Source: Acidimicrobiaceae bacterium (GTDB lineage Bacteria; Actinomycetota; Acidimicrobiia; Acidimicrobiales; RAAP-2). Taken from it: a stretch of 64,000 nucleotides of DNA. Of the stretch, positions 17,586-23,269 are shown piece after piece. The position numbers and the translations under genes are program-made. Where the stretch lies: contig CANGPS010000007.1 in the NCBI GenBank assembly GCA_947456245.1, forward strand, positions 12,462-76,461, in the 5' to 3' direction. Position 1 is the first letter of the stretch; every line of letters begins with the position of its first letter. A model generated the notes under the pieces. That model searched no databases. It had not been told where the DNA came from and worked only from the letters and a program-made list of their open reading frames with translations.

Positions 17586-17897
17586 TCACCCGAGGAGGTC
17601 ACGGACGTCCACGATCGAAGTGATGACCTCTCCGCGCCAGCCGACCTCTTCGTCGGGCCGCTCATGGTCCCGTTCCCAAGGATCCCTGAGAAGGATTGGA
17701 CGCATGCCGAGCGCGCGAGCGCCGCTCCACTCCTGGCTGCCTCGATCACCCACATAGACGCACGAGCTGGCATCGACCCCCAGCTCCTCCGTGACCGAGA
17801 GGTAGTTGCGCTCATGTGGCTTCCTCGTCCTGAGTACGCACGAGAACTGAATCGCACTGGGCAGGTCAGAGTCTCCATCAGACCCAGTGCGATTCAC
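17586..17897 (-). pseudogene. C-terminal fragment of a HAD-IA-type hydrolase
   Basis: ...FSCVLRTRKPHERNYLSVTEELGVDASSCVYVGDRGSQEWSGARALGMRPILL matches HAD motifs III-IV (K ... GD). The N-terminal DxD/T motifs are missing and an upstream stop bounds the frame. Confidence 0.5.
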
Positions 17898-17944
17898 GCA
17901 AATCGGTCCTGCAACGTGCAGTCGGACTAGTTCTCCAAGGAATC

Positions 17945-18088
17945 ATGTGGCTAGTGGTGGCGATCGCCCTCACTCTTCATGGTTCAACAGGTATGACTTG
18001 GACACTTGTCCCCGCTGCCGTGGCAGGGGTAGCGGGAGTCACGTTCCTCATTCGGTACTGGCAACTCAGACCGAAGAATCAATCCTGA
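17945..18088 (+). CDS. small membrane protein (47 aa), hypothetical
   Basis: Hand translation: MWLVVAIALTLHGSTGMTWTLVPAAVAGVAGVTFLIRYWQLRPKNQS-stop. Two hydrophobic stretches. AAGGA lies 5 nt upstream of the ATG. Below the track's size cut-off. Confidence 0.3.
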   Translation: MWLVVAIALTLHGSTGMTWTLVPAAVAGVAGVTFLIRYWQLRPKNQS

Positions 18089-18142
18089 GGGCATTCTGCA
18101 TCCAACCTGTCCCAGTCTGAAGCGATCTGCAGCGGCGAGGAA

Positions 18143-18210
18143 CTTAGGTCAGTTGATCAACCTTCCAGCGAAATTCGGTAGACATTGGTCTCTCGCATCA
18201 AGGTAGAAAC
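18143..18210 (-). repeat. cassette-boundary repeat copy 5
   Basis: cttaggtcagttgaTCAaccttccagcgaaattcggtagacattggtctctcgcatcaaggtagaaac. The minus strand reads VSTLMRETNVYRISLEG-stop. Confidence 0.85.
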
Positions 18211-18276
18211 GAGGGAGGCACCGCAGCAGGGTCCAGCCCAGGAAGGGGGACTACCGATCAGAGCCCACGAGGCCGC

Positions 18277-18822
18277 TCAGGAGAGGTGGTCTTCGCAGAG
18301 ATCCATCAGTGCCATCAGCGCCCCTTGCTCCCCATGGGACCATGCGTCGTAGGAAATCGAGAAGACCAACGCCGCCCTGCCGACGGCGACTCGTGCCTCG
18401 AGCGGATCAGCTCCATGTTCCTCAAGAACGTCCACCAGCGAAGCGCACCACCGCTCTTGCTTCACGAGTTGCCGCCCTCGAAGCCGTGCGTTCTGCTCCA
18501 GGACTTCGACTCGGAGCTGGTGCTCGCTGCGATCGGCCTCGAACCCTGCCGCGAGCGCCCGAACTCCAGCAATCACTGCAGCCCGAGGTTGCATGCGATC
18601 GAGCGCATCAGTGACGGCGTCTACGAGGAACTCCTCCATCGCTGCATCGCCGGAGAACAGCACTTCCTCCTTGTCGGTGAAGTGCCGAAAGAACGTTCGT
18701 GCCGTCACACCCGCCTTCGCCGCGATCTGCTCCACAGTCGTCGCATCGAATCCCTGGGATGCGAAGAGCTCAAGGGCAGCTTCACTCAACCGAGCGCTCG
18801 TGCCTTCTGCCCATCTCGACAT
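18277..18822 (-). CDS. TetR/AcrR family transcriptional regulator
   Basis: 181 aa. The N-terminal HTH LSEAALELFASQGFDATTVEQIAAKAGVTARTFFRHF is typical TetR. Confidence 0.85.
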   Translation of the reverse strand: MSRWAEGTSARLSEAALELFASQGFDATTVEQIAAKAGVTARTFFRHFTDKEEVLFSGDAAMEEFLVDAVTDALDRMQPRAAVIAGVRALAAGFEADRSEHQLRVEVLEQNARLRGRQLVKQERWCASLVDVLEEHGADPLEARVAVGRAALVFSISYDAWSHGEQGALMALMDLCEDHLS

Positions 18823-18842
18823 CGCCTCATCGTATGACTTGC

Positions 18843-18855
18843 GTCACGAAGTGAC
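18843..18855. promoter_or_regulatory. palindrome GTCAC-GAA-GTGAC in the tetR/SDR divergent intergenic region (candidate operator)
   Basis: Perfect 5-3-5 dyad between tetR (start 18822, minus) and the SDR gene (start 18874, plus). Confidence 0.4.
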
Positions 18856-18873
18856 ATCACGCATGATTGATTG

Positions 18874-19812
18874 ATGACAGATCGTGACATCACTGAAGCT
18901 TCCACCGTCGTCGTGACGGGACCGACCCGAGGACTCGGTCTCGAGACCACTCGAGCGCTCGTCCAGCTCGCCACCGGATTGGACGTCCTCCTGGTAGGCC
19001 GACTCTCGCAGGCCATGGAGCAGATCAGCTCTGAGATAGCGATCGCTCAGTCAAGACCGCACATCATCGCCTGCGACTTTGCTGATCTGGATTCGGTCAG
19101 ATCTGCCTCGACTGAGATCGCCGGCCTCATCGACTCAGGGGCCGTCGCGCCGATCTCGTCGATTGTAGCGAACGCCGGGCTTCAGACGATCGATCGGAAT
19201 CACGTGACAAAACAGGGTTACGAACTGACCTTCGGGGTCAATGTGCTCGCCCAGCAGGTGTTGATCAATGAGCTGCTCGACCACTTCGAGCTCGACGCAC
19301 GAATCATCCTCGTGGGGAGCGGCACTCACCGCGACGATCGCAAGAAGGGTGCAGTGGCGTTGCCTCGTTGGGAAGGACCGGCATCACTGTGTCAGCCCGG
19401 AGTCGGAGATGACGCTGGCGAGTCGGCCGCAGGCCAGCGCGCCTACGCAACCTCGAAGCTTTGCGTGAACTACCTCGTTCACGAACTCGACCGCCGCCAT
19501 GGCGACAAGGTCGTTGCGTTGGTTCATGACCCAGGGATGATGCCGGGAACCGGCCTTGCCCGTGACATGTCTGCCGCCAAGCGCCTTGCCTGGGAGAAGG
19601 TGATGCCTCGGCTCAATATGCCGGGGTCAAGCACGCCACAGCGTTCCGGTCGAGTCCTGGCAGAGATGGCACTCGGGCTGAAGTTCGCCGACGCACGGGG
19701 CGGCTACGTCAATATCGACGTACTCGGCGATCCGTCCCCCCAGTCGTTCAATCCCGAGCGAGAGGCGCAGCTCTGGGAAGCCTGTAGCGAGATGGCTCGG
19801 TCGGCTTCCTGA
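18874..19812 (+). CDS. SDR family oxidoreductase
   Basis: ATG at 18874 (the track starts at TTG 18871). VVVTGPTRGLGLET glycine motif; YATSK catalytic Y-x3-K; about 312 aa. Confidence 0.8.
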   Translation: MTDRDITEASTVVVTGPTRGLGLETTRALVQLATGLDVLLVGRLSQAMEQISSEIAIAQSRPHIIACDFADLDSVRSASTEIAGLIDSGAVAPISSIVANAGLQTIDRNHVTKQGYELTFGVNVLAQQVLINELLDHFELDARIILVGSGTHRDDRKKGAVALPRWEGPASLCQPGVGDDAGESAAGQRAYATSKLCVNYLVHELDRRHGDKVVALVHDPGMMPGTGLARDMSAAKRLAWEKVMPRLNMPGSSTPQRSGRVLAEMALGLKFADARGGYVNIDVLGDPSPQSFNPEREAQLWEACSEMARSAS

Positions 19813-19895
19813 CACACGAGCCGAAGGCGGCTACGGCGAAGCGATCAATCGTTGCAGCCCAAGGCGAATCTCACGTCGTGGAGCTCGCACCTCCG

Positions 19896-19963
19896 TGAAC
19901 GCGCGAGGCTCAACCCTCCAAAGAAGACCTATCAACATTGGGTTCTCTTCTTGCGGGAGAAAC
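19896..19963 (-). repeat. cassette-boundary repeat copy 6 (diverged)
   Basis: tgaacgcgcgaggcTCAaccctccaaagaagacctatcaacattgggttctcttcttgcgggagaaac. Same length and register as the others. The minus strand reads VSPARREPNVDRSSLEG-stop. Confidence 0.7.
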
Positions 19964-20014
19964 GACTTCGTCTCAGATTGAAGATCTAGCTCTTCAGGCG
20001 CCGACGAGCGATAG

Positions 20015-20470
20015 CGTCCTCGCAAGGAAATCCGTCAGTTCGTCATCGGTGATTCTGCCGCCGCTGTCGAGCTCTGGAGTTCCACAGGCCTTCTCTGGCC
20101 CAGCAATGACCCCGTTCGCGACATCGAACGAAAGCTCGAAGACTCACCGTGGGGCTTCCTCGTCATGGTCGAGGACGACGACATCATCGGTTCGATCATG
20201 GTCGGCTACGACGGCCATCGGGGGTGGGTGAACTACCTCGCCTGCCACACGCTCCACCGTCGAAGGGGCGTCGCCACGTCACTCATGACAGAGGCAAGCA
20301 AGATCCTCGCGGCTCGCGGCTGCCCGAAGATCAACCTTCAGGTTCGCGCTGGCAACGACGCTGCCGTGAAGTTCTACGAGAGCATCGGCTACGTGGCGGA
20401 AGAAGTCAGCTCGTTGGGCCTTCGACTCGTGGACGACCAGTTCGGGCAGCAAGAGGTCACGAGTCCGTGA
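20015..20470 (+). pseudogene. YpeA-like GNAT acetyltransferase lacking a canonical start codon
   Basis: The frame is open from 20015, directly after TAG at 20012-20014. It reads RPRKEIRQFVIGDSAAAVELWSSTGLLWPSNDPVRDIERKLEDSPWGFLVMVEDDDIIGSIMVGYDGHRGWVNYLA...ARGCPKINLQV...FYESIGY and is collinear with E. coli YpeA from its Met1. The position aligned to Met1 is AAG (20024). There is no ATG, GTG, TTG or CTG in frame before 20165, which is the track's start. Confidence 0.5.
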
Positions 20471-20530
20471 ACGCCTACCTCGAGCCCCATAACAGGTGCA
20501 GGGGTCTTCCGTGCGGAGCAATCACCAGCC

Positions 20531-20746
20531 TCACGACGCCACCTGGATCGTCTTCACGATGGGCATCGGCTCTGGAAGCTGATCCCCGTGAAGTCGCATT
20601 CCCTCAAGGTGGAACGGGATCGCCTCACGCATGTTCTCGATCACCTCGTCGACCGTCTTGCCGGTCGTGATGACCCCATCGAGCCCGATCACGTAGGCGG
20701 CGAAGGTCGTCCCCGCATCTTCGATCACGATCGTGTACTCGGTCAC
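20531..20746 (-). CDS. hicB: HicB-family antitoxin
   Basis: 71 aa. MTEYTIVIEDAGTTFAAYVIGLDGVITTGKTVDEVIENMREAIPFHLEGM. Clear paralog of 15715..15933. Confidence 0.85.
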   Translation of the reverse strand: MTEYTIVIEDAGTTFAAYVIGLDGVITTGKTVDEVIENMREAIPFHLEGMRLHGDQLPEPMPIVKTIQVAS

Positions 20747-20949
20747 TGGCCTCTCCTCGTCAAGCCGGCCTGCCTCATGATGCTAGCGAGGGTTCCCTTC
20801 GGCACCTCGTCGGAAAGGTGGCCGGGCACGGTGACGCAGCCTGGCTTCGCCGGATGGTGGAACTGCCGATGGCTCCCCCGTTGTCGTGACAGGTACCATC
20901 CATCGCCTTCGATGACCTTGATCAGCTCACGAACCCTCACCGACCACAA
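20743..20949 (-). CDS. hicA: HicA-family toxin
   Basis: 68 aa. ...LIKVIEGDGWYLSRQRGSHRQFHHPAKPGCVTVPGHLSDEVPKGTLASIMRQAGL. Paralog of 15930..16127, and the similarity continues into the 5' flank. Confidence 0.85.
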   Translation of the reverse strand: MWSVRVRELIKVIEGDGWYLSRQRGSHRQFHHPAKPGCVTVPGHLSDEVPKGTLASIMRQAGLTRRGQ

Positions 20950-20959
20950 CGGTCGAGCG

Positions 20960-21012
20960 TTCAGGACAGTTGGTCAGCCTTCCAATGAAAATCTGTAGAC
21001 ATTGGTCTCTCG
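20960..21012 (-). repeat. cassette-boundary repeat copy 7 (proximal; forms the last 12 codons + stop of the GNAT gene)
   Basis: ttcaggacagttggTCAgccttccaatgaaaatctgtagacattggtctctcg is the rc of ...CGA GAG ACC AAT GTC TAC AGA TTT TCA TTG GAA GGC TGA. The AGAAAC-side arm of the other copies is replaced by GNAT coding sequence (..RCGFEQ). Confidence 0.8.
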
Positions 21013-21414
21013 CTGCTCAAACCCACAGCGGACATAGAGCCGGTTGGCCCCCTCTCGCTTCGGGTTCGACGTGAGATCAACGGTCCGCGAGTTCGCCTTT
21101 CGAGCGAGGGCGATCGCCGCCTCGACGAGCGCTTCGCCTACGCCCTGACCACGGGCCTCGACGTCCACGACCACATCCTCGATCCACCCCCGGGCCCCCG
21201 AGGGTGATCGGAACAGCACGAGCGTGAGCGTTCCCACGATCCCCGCACCCGTGCGTGCGACGAAGAGCGTCGTATCCGGAGCGGCGACGATCGACTCGAG
21301 GTCATAGGCCTCCACGGGCGGAGCACTCTGCGAGAGCTGCGGGATGAGCCTGCGGAGCGCCTCGGTCACCTCGGGACCCACGACGGTCACCTCTTCGATC
21401 CAGACCTCGCTCAT
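20974..21414 (-). CDS. GNAT family N-acetyltransferase
   Basis: Start taken at ATG 21414 (MSEVWIEEV...), which forms an ATGA overlap with the NUDIX stop. GNAT motif A region IEDVVVDVEARGQGVGEALV; C-terminus ...NRLYVRCGFEQRETNVYRFSLEG. Confidence 0.85.
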   Translation of the reverse strand: MSEVWIEEVTVVGPEVTEALRRLIPQLSQSAPPVEAYDLESIVAAPDTTLFVARTGAGIVGTLTLVLFRSPSGARGWIEDVVVDVEARGQGVGEALVEAAIALARKANSRTVDLTSNPKREGANRLYVRCGFEQRETNVYRFSLEG

Positions 21415-22100
21415 GCACCCGCCTCCTCGCCGCGCCACACCGGGGCTCGGACCTGGTCGTAGTGCACGTCGTTGATCTCGCCTCGAAGCGCTGCGAAGAC
21501 GGGGTCTCCCCAGCGCTCCAGTCCGACGAGCGGCGAGGGCAGGTTGTCTCGGGTGAACCAGCCAAGGTCCGACACCTCGAGGGGGTGCGGGTTCAGCTCG
21601 CCCCCCACCGCTCGGCAGTGGAAGAGCAGGGAGTAGATCGGGATGCGCGACATGCCGAGGCGCAGTCCGTCGAGGACGGCGATCAGACGGACGGTCTCGA
21701 CCTCGATCCCGGTCTCCTCCTCCACCTCCTTCTCGACCACCTCCGAGGCTGAGTAGCCCACGTCACACCAACCGGTCGGGTAGAGCCACACCCCGGAATC
21801 GGCGCGCTGGATCAGGAGGAGCTCGCCCTTGTCGTTCTCGACTGCGGCGCCGACCGCCACCTTCGGCGTCTGGTAGCCGGGCACGCCCTTGCCCACCTGG
21901 GACATCCACTCGACCACGTGGCCCTCGGCATCGTCGAGCTGCTCGGGATCCTGCTCGGTGGCGACCTTGATGTCGGCGGCGATCTTCAGGATCTCCTCGA
22001 AGCGCTCCTTCTCGTACAGGCTCTCGGTGAACCCGAGGCCGGTCTTGGCGACGGCCGCGAGGGTCTCAGACCACCGCCGGAGGACTCTCTCAGGGATCAT
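21411..22100 (-). CDS. NUDIX hydrolase with N-terminal Nudix_N-type helical domain
   Basis: Trimmed to MIPERVLRRWSETLAAVAKTGLGFTESLYEKERFEEILKIA... Nudix box GWCDVGYSASEVVEKEVEEETGIEV. An alternative start at 22160 would leave only 9 bp to the divergent gene. Confidence 0.75.
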   Translation of the reverse strand: MIPERVLRRWSETLAAVAKTGLGFTESLYEKERFEEILKIAADIKVATEQDPEQLDDAEGHVVEWMSQVGKGVPGYQTPKVAVGAAVENDKGELLLIQRADSGVWLYPTGWCDVGYSASEVVEKEVEEETGIEVETVRLIAVLDGLRLGMSRIPIYSLLFHCRAVGGELNPHPLEVSDLGWFTRDNLPSPLVGLERWGDPVFAALRGEINDVHYDQVRAPVWRGEEAGA

Positions 22101-22169
22101 GCGCTCCACGTCCCGCACGCTACCAACCTCCAGCGTCCTCGGCGCCCCGCTGCGCGGCATGATGGTGGC

Positions 22170-22337
22170 ATGGCTGTGAACGAAGACTGCCGGCACTACG
22201 TCCGGCGCCAGGCGTCGGGCGACGATGTCACCGAGCGATGCAAGCTCGACGCGAACGAACCGCTCCCCTTCACCTGTCCGGAGGGATGCCTCTTCTACGA
22301 GCCCCGCGGCATCAACCAGTCCGGCTGGCAGGTCTGA
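22170..22337 (+). CDS. small Cys-rich conserved hypothetical protein (55 aa)
   Basis: MAVNEDCRHYVRRQASGDDVTERCKLDANEPLPFTCPEGCLFYEPRG. Four Cys residues. Resembles a small protein I recall as widespread in actinobacteria. C-terminal part of track ORF 21918..22337. Confidence 0.5.
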   Translation: MAVNEDCRHYVRRQASGDDVTERCKLDANEPLPFTCPEGCLFYEPRGINQSGWQV

Positions 22338-22380
22338 CCTCTCTGGCACGACGCCGACGATCCTGAAGTAAGTTCTGGGC

Positions 22381-23007
22381 ATGTCAGCCGACAGCGACGA
22401 CGTAGCCCAGGCGAGCAGGGCCGCCGACAAGGACGTCCGCTCCCAGATCGTCGAGGCCGCCTTCTCTGTGCTCCAGGAGGTCGGACCGACCCGACTGCGC
22501 ATCCAGGAGGTCGCCCGGCGAGCCGGCGTATCGCCCACGCTCCTCTACTACTACTTCGACGGCAAGCACGCCCTCATCGCCGCCGCCTACGCCCGGGACT
22601 ACGCCCTCATCCTCGAGCGCGACCTCGAGCTCACCAGGGCCGTGTTCGCGGCATCGAGCACTCCGTCAGAGCTCTTCCACTCGACGCTCAAGACCTATGG
22701 CCTGACCTTCAACGACCGAGACATCCGTCGACGACGGCTCGACGCGCTCTCCGCCGCGCAGCACGACCCGATCGTCGCCGCGGCAATCGCTCCGCTGCAG
22801 AAGGCCTACACCGACGAGCTGCGCGCCCAGGTCACGGCCATCCGAGACGAGGGCTGGCTCCCGGAGACCATCGACATCGAGGCATTCCTGATGGTGATGA
22901 TGGCCCTGCCCTTCGGCCAGGTCTTCAGCGACCTCGACGAGTCATTCGAGGTCGACGTGCTCAGCGCGCTCGCCCTTCTGGTCCCTCGGGCGCCGTCGGA
23001 AGGCTGA
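22381..23007 (+). CDS. TetR/AcrR family transcriptional regulator
   Basis: 208 aa. HTH IVEAAFSVLQEVGPTRLRIQEVARRAGVSPTLLYYYF. Confidence 0.85.
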   Translation: MSADSDDVAQASRAADKDVRSQIVEAAFSVLQEVGPTRLRIQEVARRAGVSPTLLYYYFDGKHALIAAAYARDYALILERDLELTRAVFAASSTPSELFHSTLKTYGLTFNDRDIRRRRLDALSAAQHDPIVAAAIAPLQKAYTDELRAQVTAIRDEGWLPETIDIEAFLMVMMALPFGQVFSDLDESFEVDVLSALALLVPRAPSEG

Positions 23008-23010
23008 GGC

Positions 23011-23259
23011 TCAGCTCTCGAGCACGTCACCGAGGAGGTCGACGCCGATCCCCTCGCTGCGCAACCAGGCCACGGCAGCGTCGATGCGATCGGCGTGGCC
23101 GTCGAGCTCACACACGATCCAGCCGACCGAGTCGGTAATGTCCGCCCTGCGGATGTCCGGGTCGATGTCGAACTCGCGGACGAGGTGCGCCAAGACCGGA
23201 CGGCGCACCAGTGCCTCGGGGAACGTCAGCTTGACTCGGACTCGGACCTCGGCGCTCAC
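23011..23259 (-). CDS. NIL (ferredoxin-like) domain protein
   Basis: GTG start at 23259. VSAEVRVRVKLTFPEALVRRPVLAHLVREFDIDPDIRRADI...GWIVCELDG, the NIL-domain pattern. 82 aa. Confidence 0.6.
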   Translation of the reverse strand: MSAEVRVRVKLTFPEALVRRPVLAHLVREFDIDPDIRRADITDSVGWIVCELDGHADRIDAAVAWLRSEGIGVDLLGDVLES

Positions 23260-23269
23260 GACGACGACG

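Larger units (their letters stand above)
14626..21012 (-). mobile_element. repeat-delimited gene-cassette array anchored on the 3' end of a GNAT gene (integron-like; recombinase not in window)
   Basis: Seven same-orientation copies of one ~68-bp element at 0.5-1.75 kb spacing. The sequence between them is lower in GC and carries TA modules, regulators and gene fragments. See the repeat features and findings. Confidence 0.6.

Noticed and set aside
17541-18120. Plus-strand ORFs 17541..17930 (129 aa) and 17887..18120 (77 aa), and minus ORF 15335..15571 (78 aa), inside cassettes.
   Set aside because: No recognisable motifs. The first is antisense to the HAD-like fragment, which does show family motifs. 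The others have Ser/Arg/Pro-rich composition typical of non-coding frames.
14626-21012. Interpreting the regularly spaced repeats as a CRISPR array.
   Set aside because: The repeats are ~68 bp and only partly conserved. The 'spacers' are 0.5-1.75 kb and contain complete genes. No cas genes and no leader are present.
14626-21012. Calling the array a classical integron with attC sites.
   Set aside because: The sites are direct repeats without the R''-L''...L'-R' imperfect-palindrome organisation. Only loose RYYYAAC-like heptamers (e.g. GCTCAAC in copy 6) occur on one side, with no inverted GTTRRRY partner. There is no intI, attI or Pc in the window, and cassette genes are in both orientations with their own regulatory signals.
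14626-21012. XerC/XerD dif-like (pdif-module or IMEX-type) sites as the repeat.
   Set aside because: The conserved core (GTAGACATTGGTCTCTCG) does not show the 11-6-11 arrangement or the ..ATAA-N6-TTATG.. arms typical of dif sites.
15616-21012. The repeat as a structured RNA, terminator or REP-like hairpin.
   Set aside because: Only a 4-bp dyad (AGAC/GTCT) is present. Where it is disrupted (copy 2: ACAC...ATAT) there is no compensatory change. Substitutions follow codon phase, not base-pairing.
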